Of a stretch of DNA of 64,000 nucleotides, positions 1 through 13,892 are shown in pieces. Positions within the stretch are counted from its first letter, which is position 1; each line of letters begins with the position of its first letter. Below the pieces are notes generated by a model. That model saw only the letters and a list, made by a program, of their open reading frames with translations. It was not told the DNA's origin and did not search any database. The position numbers and the translations under genes were made by a program. The DNA is from Chrysomallon squamiferum (Eukaryota > Animalia > Mollusca), in the NCBI GenBank assembly GCA_012295275.1, contig CM022670.1, positions 23,684,001 to 23,748,000 of the forward strand. The letters are read 5' to 3'.

Positions 1-1249
1 TGAGTTCATGGAAAATAGAAATCACAGTGAATATACCTCAAATAACCCTGACTAAACACCTACTGTTTTAAAGTTTAGGATAATATATTCACAATGAACA
101 CTTTTTTAACAGTATGTCATGCTGCCACCATTCTGTTTCTCTTTCTGATTAGCGTCCATATTATCATGAACAGTTCAAAGTTAAATAACATCATTACTGA
201 CATGTAATGGTTTGTAATTTCTTAATTTCATCATTTCTAATAAATGCTTAATATAAAATGTAATATAATAAAGATGTGTGTAAATATACATGCACATACA
301 CAAAAAGACATTTTATTTACTTTTTATGTATTCCTTTTGCATTCAATATGTTAAAATGTCACAGGAATTTTATACAAGTAGTTTAAATATCATTATTTGT
401 TGTTTCACAGTTACATAAAAGAAAATAACTATTTTCCATCTTGCTGTCCAAATTTGATACCTTTTTAAAGTTCTTTATTACAGCAAAGCAAAAGCCTAAA
501 GATAGAAAATTTTATTTGGTTTGTCAAAAGAATAATAACATAAAATAAGATGAAGTGTAACTTGTTATATGTAAATAGGTATATCTGTAATGTTTAAGTC
601 AGTTTGATTGAATTTACATTGCATGGACTTGAATTTATCATATACAAGGAATATGGAAACCAGCAGATGTAATGTGTCTAACAAGCACTTAGAAATCTAG
701 TTCTTGAAAGTTATTTAAGAAAATAATAAATAAAATAATAGTTATACTTCTGAAAACTGGAGTGTTGCTATACTGTATTCTCATAAAACCTAATGATTTA
801 CACAGCTTTTAACACAAACCCCTGAAAACCAAAATGTTCTTGTTCTCTCAATACTTTTTTTTAAATAAGTTTCACTATAATAACTACAAGCAAAATAAAT
901 GAAAATAAATTTATATGCTGACCAATCATTATTTTTATTAAAAACTTCATTACATATCCATCTTTTTCTCCGATTCACTGATATATATATTCAATTAAAA
1001 AAACGAAATGGGCTTAATATTCCATGCAGTGCATTTTGACTGAAACTGATGACAGTATATAATATTCGTTAAATTATATATATAACTGTTTTGAATTGTT
1101 TGGATCATTAAGGATGAGGAATATTGTAGATTCATGCAAACATATTGGGAAATCATTTATTTTTATAGAATCTATAGTGGTTGAAATGGTTCCAAACATG
1201 TTAACAGCACATTAAAAAAAAATATGCCTTTCAGGAACCTGTTTATTAT

Positions 1250-2790
1250 AAACGTCATTGAAACAAACAGCAAAACTAAAAAAAAAAATACTGCGATTCA
1301 ATAGTTAATAAATGCATCATTTTTCAATCTGGGTATAATGGGCAGTTAAGTTTTCAGCCAAACGGTAAATTAGCAAAACTGAATGTTGTCAATTTCTAAA
1401 AGATTTAAAACGTACTCAGCGATTGTTTTATTTCTTTAATACAATGGCGAAAATGAGATTCGTGAGTTGGATCAAGTACAGCAAAATGGTCATTCAAACC
1501 ACGAGTTGCCCACTCGAAATTGTTTTTTTGAAACGTCCATTAAAATTGTTTATATATTTATAACCTTAATGTTTAGTTCATCGTGGGGGGGGGGGATCGT
1601 TCCAATCACTTTTAAAATACTTATTTAAGCACTAACTACCGCATTTTTATAGCTTTAATTGCATCGGTAATTAGCTACATTTTTCGAAATGAGTCAAAAA
1701 CACAATAGCCGAGCGGAGCGGGGCGACAAAAATTGGCCGAGGTGTTAAGGGGCCGAATTCATTCAGTTGATATCGTTTCTATTGGAATAGAGGTTTATAT
1801 ATTTTTTTAAATAAAATCTTTATGTATATGTGTATGCATATATAAATCAAACCAAGAAATCGTCAATTTCGGTATGAGGCATTTGCTTCAGTGTGGTTAC
1901 GACCGTGCATGTTGTGTCTTGGTAAAGAGAATGGTTTCCGCTTGTGACGTCTTTTCACGCTAAAAGGACGGGAATCTGAGCACTTCTAATCGAACTTGAT
2001 TTGGCCCCGATACTGGTTTTGAGTAGTTTTACTAAAATACATTTAACTTTGGAATAATTTTTTTTAGGGTTAAAATTTTTTTAATAATCATTTTTTTAAA
2101 AATTATAATAATAGCAATATTGGATACACCTGCATTTTAACGGGGAGAGGATAACCCAAAACAAAAAAGTCGAGTTAATATATTGAACTAGTTTAGGCAT
2201 TTAAAAAATAACTAAAATAACAAAAATATTATTTTTTTATAATTAAAAATTTGGAAGCTAGTTTGTTCGTGGCAACGCACAATCGGACAATAAACTGACG
2301 TCATAAAGTAACGAGAGTGATCGTGGGCAGGCATTTTTATGGATATGTTTTGAAGATTTTAAGTGATGGAAAGTGCATTGTCGAAGTGTGTATTAATTTA
2401 ATTTTATTTTTATTATTATTATTACTGCGATCGACAAACAAAGTTTAAATTTTTTTAATTATTATTAATTTTTTTTTTAATATAAACAAAGCAAGCATTA
2501 CTTAAGCTTTAACCTGTGTGTGTGCGCGTATATATACATATTTCTTTCTTTCTTTTCGGGAGGTTGTATACTGAGTTGAACCCATACACTTTTTAGGGTT
2601 TTTAACTGAATAATGAAGGAGTCGAATCTATGCCGTCTGAATGCCGCAGCCTCATTTTCGTTTCATTGTTTCAGTAATAATGCGGAATTAGTTATTTTTA
2701 TTCGAACGATTATTAGATTTATGTTTGAAAATATTTCTGGTGTGTCATTGTTTTAAAGATTTAAACTGAATTTACATTTATTTGCGGGAT
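1250..2790. promoter_or_regulatory. CpG-retaining promoter-like region upstream of the first visible ATAD2 exon
   Basis: CpG-rich relative to flanks. GC-box-like GCGGAGCGGGGCG (~1713-1725), ATTGG (inverted CCAAT, ~1732 and ~1781), RFX-like GTTCGTGGCAAC (2265-2276), perfect CRE TGACGTCA (2296-2303). Confidence 0.4.
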
Positions 2791-3250
2791 TTTTTATTAT
2801 TTTTTTTATTTTATTTTTTATTATCATATAAGTTATTTTTTTATTATTATCATTTTTTTTTTATTTAAAAAAAAACACGAAAAAAATGGTTATTATTTTT
2901 ATTTTCATTTTTATATATATATAGAAATTGTAAAAGTACTGTATGGTGTTATATAACAATGTGAAACAAACTGTTAAAGTTAATTTGTTTTTAAAAATAA
3001 AAAGGGTATATTTATTTATATTATATTATATTATATTATTATTTATTTTTTAGTTTATGATTATTATTATTATTTTTTTTTTTTTTGGAATAGGTGCTTC
3101 ATATAATTATATACTATTTATATTATCAGAAAAGTATACATTGTCGATTTTACTAGTCTTGATTCCAGAAATACAAGAAACTGCTTGTTTATCTTAAATA
3201 TATAGATGGCTAAAAAATCAGTAAGACTTGATGTATTTTCTTCTTTACAG

Positions 3251-4944
3251 TAGAAAAAGAGCAGTGTTTCATGATAGCTCCGGAACCACATCTTCAGGAT
3301 CTGATGAATCTAGTGATGAAGAGCGATTTCAACATAGAAAGGCCAAGAGCATGGCGCGAGCAAGAAACAGGTTTGTATTAAAGATTTTCCCAACTGATAT
3401 AAATCAGTAACCTACATGTAATCCAGGTTCTTACTAAAATTGTGTTATTTAAATTTTTTATATTTTTTATGTTTATTTTTTTAAATCAAAATATAGTTTT
3501 GTGAATTTTAATATTTTTAATTAGTTTTCTTAATGTCAGATAATTTATATTCACATGTACTTAATATTAGATTTTGATGAATGAAGGCACTTTACTGAAT
3601 ATCTGTTTATAAATATAGTTTCACCTTCAGTTAGTAAGATGTGAAATAATCTCACTTTAACTGGGTTTTTATATAAATGTGCACACACACACACACATGC
3701 ACACAAATTTCATAAACATATATTCCTTCTTCATCTCTCATAGGTGCTTACCCATGAATTTGTCTGCCCATGATCTACAGAGTGGGATATTGCGAGACAG
3801 AACCAAAGTTGGTGCTAGTCTGGCAGATGTCGATCCTATGGCCATTGATAGATCAGTAAGTATTCAGTATGTTGTCACACCTACCATTAGAAGAATTCAC
3901 TTTGTGCTGATGAAATAATTATTTATTTATGCTTGATTATTTGTTTGTTTATTTATTTATTTTAATGTTTTTAAATTTCATTTAATGATTGTTTCAAGGT
4001 GTTTAAAGATATTGTTTATGCTTTAGATGCAACATTAAATGCACTTAAATTATAATGTTATGCAGTTAAATTGACATGAAAAGAATGATAACTTTGCTCA
4101 CTAACAAGAAGTTTCAAACAGAATTCAGGAGGTTCTCATAGAGGAGACTTACTCAAAGAAAATGTGTTCTGGTGATGTCTCCCTCATGCAATGCTTTAAG
4201 ACATTAATGTAGCTGTTTTTAAAGATACAGTATTGCTCTCTTTGAAATATTTCTGTTGATCAGAAATTCTTAAGAGATTTTACCAGAGTCTTTTTATCAA
4301 AGTTTTTTTTACAGCTTTCAGGAAGCAATGCTATATATATTGGATAGGCAAATGAATTTGAATTTTTGTTTTGTCAAGTGTGTTCTAAGAGTTAACCTCA
4401 TGAATGTAAAAGTAGTATATGAACAATGTCTGCAATAGGTGATCAGTTGATCTTTAACAAGGAGGTAGCTATCCAAGGTACTTTTGATTGAGTTTTTTTA
4501 ATATAAACTCACATACAAGACTTCATATTATCCATTCGTGGAGTTTTTATTCCAATAAAGGAACTTTGGAGTACCTATTTATACAAAGTGACATTAGATA
4601 AAGTAAAATTTACAAATGAAGGATTACTATTTGTAAATGTTTTAATTATTCTGGCCTAATTGTCTGTGACAAATAAAATGGTTTGCAACTCTCAACATTG
4701 ATCAGGTATTTTCCACGATATTCATTGTTTTATTGTATTCTTGATAGATAACATTTGAGAGTGTTGGAGGTCTGTGTCAGCATATTAGAGCGCTCAAAGA
4801 GATGGTTGTCTTTCCTCTTCTGTATCCAGAGATATTTGAACGGTTCAAAATTTCACCTCCACGAGGAGTACTTTTCCATGGACCACCAGGTTTAAAATAT
4901 ATTTGCATTTCTTAAGTAATATTGTTCTGTATTGTGTATTTATT

Positions 4945-5000
<56 letters not shown>

Positions 5001-8000
5001 TTTTTTTTTTTTTTCATATTTTATTATTAAATTTCATATGAGTAAATACTTAAAAAAAAAAAAATATAAACTGCACATGCAATTTCTAGTTTTTCATTTG
5101 CCATTATAAGTCCAAAATAAATGTGACCCAGCACATCAAAATCAGGAAAAAGTAGGAAACTAATTTTTTTAGTTTAGTTATTACCAGTGAAAGGTATTTT
5201 TATTGGTATTACAGCAGTACCAAACACACAGTTCTCACACTTCAAAGCTGAAATGCCAACCCAAAGTGTTCCTGATTTTGATTTGTTTGATCACATATGT
5301 TTGTCTCCTAAATGTTTTTTATTGTCAATACCTCTTTAAAGGAACTGGGAAAACACTCATGGCTAGAGCTTTGGCAAATGAATGCAGTACAGGTGAAAAG
5401 AGGGTAGCTTTCTTCATGCGCAAAGGTGCAGACTGTCTTAGCAAGTGGGTTGGAGAATCTGAAAGACAGTTACGACTGTTATTTGATCAGGTATTTGAGA
5501 TTAAATCACTGTAAAAAAAACTATTTTAATTTTTATTTTTTTATTATTTTTTTTTTGTTCACACATGTGTTGATTTTGATGGTGTTTAGAAAATTATTTT
5601 GATTTTATTAATTATTACATTTGTTATTAATTTACTAACAGGCTTACCAGGTGAGACCATCCATCATATTCTTTGATGAAATTGATGGACTTGCACCTGT
5701 AAGGTCCAGTAGACAAGATCAGATTCACAGCTCAATTGTTTCAACACTCCTGGCTTTGATGGATGGTTTGGACAGCCGAGGTGAAATAGTTGTAATTGGT
5801 GCTACCAATCGGATTGATTCTATTGACCCTGCCCTCAGGCGGCCAGGAAGATTTGACAGAGAATTTCTTTTTCCCTTGCCCAGTTTGGAGGTATAATTCA
5901 TGCATCTTTTTATTATATTCTGTGATATATCTTTTTTCAATATTTTGCCAGTTTTTAATGAATTTATAAGGAACATTAATGTTGCTTATATTGAGTAAAC
6001 CTCAAAATAGTGAAATAATTAAGGTAATACACAGAAATCAACAGTATTTAATTCATCTCTATGCACAGGCTGTGTATATATTATATTTTTATTACTGTTT
6101 GTGTTATTTAAAAAAAAACACCCCAAAAACAAACAAATCTCACTTGAATATTTATTGTTTTAGGCACGAAAACAAATTCTGCAAATCAGCACAAAAGATT
6201 GGAAACCAAAACTGTCCAATGAATTCATTAATGAACTTGGTCATAGATGTATAGGTAAGTGTTTTACAACAAAATAATTTTAAGATCAAAGCCTCTTATG
6301 ATAATAATAACAAACAAAGAAAAACAAAGCAAAACAAAACAAAAATATTTGTGAAATATAATTTTTGAAATTTAAAAGGAATATAATTATTTTATTTTAA
6401 TTTTTTTTAAATTATTTTTAGCAACTACTTCTATTACTAATGATTTTGCTGACATAACTGAGCAGCACTGTATGCATATATAGAAATTTTGTACAGATGG
6501 AAGTGGTCAAGATTTGTTTAATGTACAATCGTTAATTTTTAACAGGTTATTGTGGTGCTGATCTCAAGGCTCTTTGCAGAGAAGCAGCTTTATTGGCTCT
6601 GCGCAGGCGCTACCCTCAGATTTATAACTCAAGTGAGAAACTCCAGCTTGATGTTTCTTCAATTAATGTGTCAGCTAAAGATTTCTTTGGTGGGATGCAA
6701 ATTGTGGTTCCTACTGCTCAGCGATCAGTTGTATCACCTGCTAGGCCTCTGTCAAAAACAGTTATACCATTGCTGAAGAAAACACTGCAGAAGGCTTTGA
6801 CCATTCTTCAAGATACATTCCCAAGTGTTTTAGCTCAAAGATCCTTTGATGACCAAGGTAAGCTGTAACATATTTTTTCTGTATTTTCTTAAATCTTATT
6901 TATATATTTATATATTTATTTGTTTTTTTTCTTTTAATCTTTAAACCAATTTAAAATTTTAATATGTTTTAATGTGCTTTTCATTAGGAGAAGTGTTTTC
7001 TCTTTTTTTTAAACAAAATACAAATGAATCAGTTGATCTTGTCAAGCAAAACTTCTTTTTCATAAAATTTATGACAATTTTTCTTCTAAAACAAAACAAA
7101 AAATATTTTGTGAATTTCATATATTTATATTTATTATAACTTCAGATAACCAGCCTAAAGATGCAGAACATTTGCTGGATGAAATGATCAGTGATGAAGA
7201 TTGTGGACCATCAATTTTTGAAAACAGTCGAAGTCGTGGTCGTAAATTACCATTTGATGGCAACTCACAAAATTCGTTTCTCAATTTTACTAGGTAATAT
7301 GCATGGTAAATTAAGCATGTGTTCTACTTTATATATGCTGACTTAAAATTAGAAAAAAGGATGAAATTGTAAATACTTATATCATTCTTATCCTTCTTAC
7401 ATATTTTTTAAATTTAAGATGATTCAGTTGTTTTTTTTGTTGTTTTTTTTAAACAGAATAACAAAATGTCAGTTGTCTAAATGTTTGCAAAATTTGTTCA
7501 CATAAGTTACTGGTTAGTTTATATAGATTTTTATTGGATTTGTTTTTTATCTTTATTTTTAGTTATGCATACAGCAAACCTTCCACCTATAGACCACGTC
7601 TACTTATCTCAGGGATTTGTGGTCAGGGCCAAACAGCTCACATTGGTCCAGCCATATTACATTATTTGGAACAGATACCAGTTTATGTGTTAGATTTACC
7701 AACACTTTATGCCATTAGTGCCAAAACACCAGAAGAATCATGTGCTCAGGTACTCTATTCTTTTTAAAAAACAAATAATTTAACAAAAGATAAATAAATT
7801 GAAATAAAACAAAAAATTCAAAATCTAGTTATGTTTCACTTAAAATGAAAGGATAACTTTTTCACAATTCAGGTCTTTAGGGAAGCGAAAAGAGCTGCTC
7901 CAAGCATTATTTACATGCCATATATCAATCAGTGGTGGGATGTTTTGGGAGAAACACTTCAAGCTACTTTTCTTACACTGGTTGAAGACATGGATCCATC

Positions 8001-11000
8001 ATCTCCACTGCTGATTCTCGCAACAAGTGAAAAACCTCATAGTGAGCTGGATTCAGTGGTAAGCAGATCTTTGTACCATTTTCAAAAGTAATTATCCATT
8101 AGGTTAAACAGTTTCATATATTTAATACATAAAGTGCTCTTTTTTTCTTTTTTTTTTTCAATGTTTAAAATAAATATTTGTAATATTCCCTCAAGTAACA
8201 AATTTCTCTATTGCTGATTTAAAGAAGTACAGTTAGTGTAGGATTGAAAGGAGTTTTATAACTAACTTGAAATTAATTTGCAGATACAGTTATTGTTTGC
8301 TAACAGCGGTGAGGTGCTGCAAATGGTTAATCCTACAGCAGAAGAACGAAGAGAATTTTTTCAAGATCTCATTTTGAATCAGGCAGCTAAACCAATTAAT
8401 AACAAGAAAAAAGCGGGTAACTTTTTAAAATGTATAAATCAGCTGTTTTTGTGGTCTTTTGAAATGTATTGGCACAAAATATTTGTTTAAGCAGCTAAAG
8501 ATTTTATAACAGAATCCATAGAAATGATAATAGTAATTTAACGGATTTGTTTTCAAATTAATAATTTCTTGCAGCCACATTTTCTTTTCTTTCTTTTTTT
8601 TTGTTTCAGTGTATCTAATTTTTATTGGTTTTATAAATAATTTTTTAAGAAGGAAGAATAAGAAATATTTTGTTGCAAATAGCTTTTGGTTTATTTTTTA
8701 TTATTATTATTTTATTTATTTATTTATTTATTTATTAATTATTGTATTTATTTTTTTATTTTGGTTATCTTTAGTAAATTTTAGTTGCAATTTTACATAC
8801 TGTGAGGATTTTTTAAAATTTGTATCATTTTGTTCAGCCAGTAGAATGTTAGAAGTATTGCCTAAAGCTCCACCACCAGAACCAAGAAAGTTAACAGAAG
8901 CAGAAAAGAAGACACTGAATGAACAAGAAGATGCTACCCTTCGCGAACTCCGAATCTTTCTCAGGGAAATTATTAACAAGCTTGGTAAAGACCGCAAGTT
9001 CGGGATCTTTACCAAGCCGGTTGATACAGCAGATGTTAGTTATTTATTATTTATTTTATTTTTTGTTATTAGTAGTGGTCCTGCAATAGATATGGTCCTA
9101 GTAATTTTGTTAATAAGAGATTTGTGAATATATTCTGTAAATAAATTATATTTAATATACTTCTCCTACTTAATAAACAAATTTATTACCATTGGTAATA
9201 GTTTAAATTTAAAGGGTGTGAAGACAAAAATGATAATGCCTATTTTACACAATTAATGGAATAAAAATAATAATTACAATGCTAATGTCAAAACCTTTTA
9301 AGATTTTATTGGTTTGTTATTAACTGAAATTGATTACATATACAAAATTATAAATGTGAATACTTTGTTGCAAATAATGTGATGCCAAGACAGAGGTGTT
9401 CAGGGAATGTATCGATTTTGCATTTCCACAGGCTCCAGACTACTATGAAATCATCCATAATCCAATGGATTTGTCAACTATGATGAACAAGATTGATCTT
9501 CATCACTACCATACCACTCAGGAATTCCTTCATGACATTGGTCTTATCTGTTCAAATGCTCTGGAGTATAATCCAAGCACAGATCATGCAGGTAAAATGA
9601 TTTATTTGAAATGGTTAGAAAAGTAGTGTTGGTAGAAAGATATTAAATATTTTTTCTTGCAAGTACTGCGAGTGAAAGGAATTATTGTATCTCTCAAATG
9701 TAATGAGATCACTTTCAAAACTAAAGGCTAGTTATTATTATTATTAATATCAAATGTGTAAATGTTAAATGCAAGATAACATACTTCAAAAAGTAAAGTT
9801 AATAGTTTTATACTGACATCAAATTAATATACATAAATAAGCTACTTTATCTTTATAAACAGTTATTTGTATTTCTACACAAATTGACATTAGTATTAGC
9901 AGTTAAAATAGTTGATATATATATATATACATAACTGTGACATATGTAATCATATCAAGCAAACATTATCAGTAAATGTCAAGAATTAGTGAGGTATATC
10001 AATTAAAAATATATATATATTTGAGTTCTTTTTAATATTTTGTGCATTTATTTTTGTAGGTCGTACTATACGACACAGAGCTTGTGCCTTAAAAGATACA
10101 GCCCATGCCATGATAAAAAATCAGCTGGATCCAGAGTTTGAAAAGCACTGTCAAGAAGTTGCTGAATCTAGAAGAAGAAGAGGTAATTAGATGGATCAAG
10201 CAGTATAGTTATTGTGTTTTTTTAAAATCAGGGCTTTTAATTCTGTTTAAAAGTTTTAACATTCTTGTTTTACTGAATATTTTAAAGACTGGTTGTAAAT
10301 TGTAAACATTTCTTTTTGTTCTTCACACATTTGAACAATAAAGCTATACTTTAGATTCTGATTATACTATAAAAACTTTTTGTTTTGTTTTGTTTTTTTA
10401 ATTTTAAATTTAGTTTTTTTCATCAATTTAGTTTCTGGTTGTAGATGTTATTGTTTGTTGTTGTTTTAACTTCTTTGCAGTTTTATTTTATTATTTATAT
10501 TCTTTTGTTCATGTAAAATTTCTAGTCTCAAAACATGATATTTCATAGTAGAAAATACAAATTATCAAGATTAATTTTTATTGTTATCAGAGTTTATGAT
10601 ATTAGTTATCACTTGCTATTTTTGTTATTTATTATTTTTAAATGATATGCATTCTGAGAAATTAAATAAGCACTTTAAAAATTTAATTCAGGTGTGTGTG
10701 ATCTCAAATTTAGAGTTATTAGAAGTCATTTTTACAATTCATTTCATATTTTTCTATCAGGAGAAATATCTGAAACCGCTGCTCCAGAATTTGTCTACAC
10801 AGCTCATTTGTATAATACACTACAGAAAGATAATTTACAAACTCCACAAACAAGAAGAATGCATCCTCAATCTGAGCGGTGTAGTCGACGAGTTCGTGGT
10901 TTGGATGTTGAATTCAACATGTCATTGAGTAGTATTGAAAAACAATGGTCAGACCAGAAAAAGGAGCATAAAAGTGGAGATGAGAAATTACCTTCACCAC

Positions 11001-12635
11001 AAAATGAGGCATCTTCTTCAATGGGCAGTTCAAAGAAGAAATCACCTCTGAATACTCTCAATTCTTCAGCACCAAAAGTAAAGCGAAAATCTAAGAAATG
11101 CATTTGGGCATCTACAAGACGTAGGAAAAGGCCAAAACGTAGCCCTAATTGCAAACAGTCTCCAGTTATTCACAGTGCAGTGAATGATTCATGTGAAAGT
11201 GATTATGACTATGCTCAACATTCTACGTCATCTGGCAAAGATATTCCTAGACCCTTTGATAATAGCATTTCTTCCAAAGACTCTGGTGCAAAACAGGGCT
11301 GTAACAAACAATTCCATTCTACAGAAATGTGTGATCTTGTGATGGATAGTGGTATTGGTAGTTCTCTTGATAGCAATGGTGATTCTGTTGACAGCATTGA
11401 CCATGCAAAAGAGAATGCAGGAAAGGTAATTATTTTGATTTCATTTGATTCTATAAACTTCATTTCAAACAGTTTTAAATATTTTGCCATTGTTGTTTAT
11501 ATAGATAGTTATTATTATTTTTTCAAAACTACAGATTTAACTTTTTTTGCTTCAGATGAAAAAAGGTTTCTTATTTATGAATCTGTTATTAAATTATTTT
11601 TATCTTTTATTTTAGGTTTCTGGGCAAATTGTTGAAGGCATAGATGCCGATTATGACAATGATGAACAGGAAGAAGGTGATCATTATTTCATAAAAGCAT
11701 TTTTAAAAATGAAAGTATATAATTATTACTTTATTAAAATAAATTTCAAACTTTCTCAAAAGTTTAGTCCAGTTGATTTTTTTTCTCTACAGTTAATACA
11801 ATCAACTTATTTTCTACAATTGCATTATCTTCATTTTGTTAACTTCAGAACCAAGCGGTGCATTTAGGGTAACAAGGACCCGAACATTAACAACTGAACA
11901 AGAAAAAGCTTTGGAAATCTTAGAAAGACCTGTGCCACCTTTGATCGTTGACAGACGCAGGCTGGAAAAGTTGTTAGAGCATATTGTGGTGGTCACACAC
12001 AATTACACAGTTGGACAATTGGAAAAGCTGCATAGCAGTCTCAGTCAAAGTATTTTTAAACATCGAAAGGAGAATGACAAAGCACATCTAATACAGGTAA
12101 TAATTAGAAATAAAGACATTGCACTTGATCAGCTAATGGCTTTCAAATTGTCACATTCACACGAAAGAGGAAACTACAAAATCTAATAGTGATGGCTTGT
12201 TTGTAATATTGCAATATAATATTTAAAAAGAAAAGAAATAGAAAAAATAGCATTAACATTCTTTTGAAAGTGGGAACCAAAATTAAAATATCTGCTTTGA
12301 CAATCGTTTTGGTAGTATGTATTTAATTGAATGAACAAAGAACTATACATGGAAAATAGTTTTGAAACCGTGTTTATGATAGTTATTTTAAGTGTTATAT
12401 CTGTCACATTATTAATGGAACTGTGTTTTTTCTACATAGAGCTGCTGATCTCAGTAGTGTTTTGTTTCTTTGTGAGTATATTATTAAACTTGAAGATAGA
12501 AAACACTTGACTGTTGGTTTTTTCTGTTTGTTTTTTTTAATAAAGGAGATGGAACAGAAAATCGAATCTCTCACTTCAACTACAAGACTGAGACGTGAAA
12601 GTGGGGAGAAGATGCCATCAACACCAAGATACTAG
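3251..12635 (+). CDS. ATAD2: ATPase family AAA domain-containing protein 2 (ATAD2/ATAD2B co-ortholog; AAA+ ATPase plus bromodomain), 5'-partial, 18 exons
   Basis: GT-AG exons in continuous frame: 3251-3370, 3744-3855, 4748-4889, 5342-5490, 5642-5890, 6164-6254, 6546-6857, 7146-7293, 7563-7749, 7873-8058, 8284-8416, 8838-9034, 9432-9591, 10060-10182, 10761-11425, 11616-11676, 11849-12096, 12546-12635 (TAG); ~1120 aa in window. Motifs: [10 protein letters not shown], Walker A GPPG|TGKT split by an intron, [28 protein letters not shown], Walker [23 protein letters not shown], arginine-finger region [14 protein letters not shown], degenerate second AAA ([16 protein letters not shown]), bromodomain [14 protein letters not shown]...CSNALEYNP. 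The first exon starts mid-codon, so the N-terminus lies elsewhere. Confidence 0.96.
4190..4530 (-). mobile_element. Highly decayed CR1/L2-like LINE 3' fragment in an ATAD2 intron
   Basis: Minus-strand translation gives broken matches (..[23 protein letters not shown]) to the post-RT C-terminal pattern of CR1-group ORF2. Many stops and frameshifts. Confidence 0.3.
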
Positions 12636-13852
12636 CTTCATATTTTATCATCCAGACCAGTCATGAGATTCTTTACAAACGACAGTAATATTAATAACCT
12701 TTAATCCAACAAGTTGCTTAGCCAGATAAAACAAAATTGTTTCAGTATCACTGACTTAATTACTTTCATAAACAATAAAGCCTTGTTTTTAGACACACTT
12801 ATGCAAACTGAACTAGTATTCCTTAATTGCTGTCCCATTAATGTTAGTTATCAGATAAATGAAATAAAATATTTAATGTTTCTATTATGAAATATCTTAA
12901 TGTCTAAAAATAGGGAACAAAAATGTATCTGGTATGTTATACTATCTTCTTTTATCTGGTTATATCAACTTTACAATAGCAGAGATAAGGAAGGTTTGCA
13001 TAATTAACACAAAAGCAAGCATTATCATCCTATGAAAATCAGGGAAACAAATCATTCAGGTTATATTTCTGCTTTTTAAAATTGCCATCATTTCCTCAAA
13101 TATATTCCTTTTTCACAAATAATTATGCTATTTTTTTTAAATATTTTTTCTTTATGTTTTACCGTATTTGTACAGGACATATATTTATTAACTTTACATG
13201 AATTGTAATTTTTATTTTAATTGTGTTGAATCTAACTTATACAAACACTATATATACATACATAAATAAATATATATATTTATTAACAAACTGCCATCGT
13301 ATACTATTTCCATGTAGATTGTCATTCCCAACCATTTTTGTTATTTATTATATTAAAATGATTTGTGTTTTGGTAACTAAAAAAAAATTAATATATAAAA
13401 ATGTAAATCAAAAATGATATTAATATCTGGCAGTTTCAAAATAGCTGTGGACAGAAGGCACTTCTAAAACTTATTTTACATCATAACTCTATTATTTATC
13501 TAAACTTAATATTAGTGCCTTGAATCATCCCAACACCTCTGTATGTTATTGCAGCTGCTCATTTTATACAGAAGTTATTTTGTAGATAAACCTTTTTTAA
13601 TTTATTAAATCTAATTTGGATCAATTTTATATTTATATTCAAGACTGTTACAGTCTAGAATTAACATTCATATTGAACGAGAACTTCAACTCCGAGAATA
13701 TAATAATTGCCATATTATTATTATTTCAACGGGAAAGCAAATTAAATTTAAAATTTTAGACCTCTCCCCCTACAAAAAATCCATTGGAGGAAATATTTAC
13801 AGCAAAAATTGATTTTCTTCTCGTTTGAAATGTGTATTTAAAAACATGTGTT

Positions 13853-13892
<40 letters not shown>

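Noticed and set aside
1444-1467. ATG GCG AAA ATG AGA TTC|GTGAGT as the first coding exon of ATAD2
   Set aside because: The donor is phase 0 while the exon at 3251 needs phase 2; direct splicing would be out of frame.
2630-2641. ATGCCGTCTGAA, identical to the Neisseria DNA uptake sequence
   Set aside because: Single copy in clearly eukaryotic context with no bacterial genes nearby; treated as a chance match.
4903-5109. Poly-Phe, poly-Tyr, ER-, CV- and YI-repeat ORFs in the ORF track (also 25094, 51592-51920, 55086, 55979, 62139-62501)
   Set aside because: Translations of homopolymers and microsatellites, not genes.
7590-7650. Walker A of the second ATAD2 AAA domain lacks the lysine (GICGQGQT)
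   Set aside because: A degenerate second AAA domain is the normal state in the ATAD2/Yta7 family.
5725-11490. Antisense ORFs overlapping ATAD2 exons (5725-5976, 8728-9015, 10867-11154, 11215-11490) and 50138-50419
   Set aside because: Shadow ORFs expected opposite real coding exons; no independent signals.
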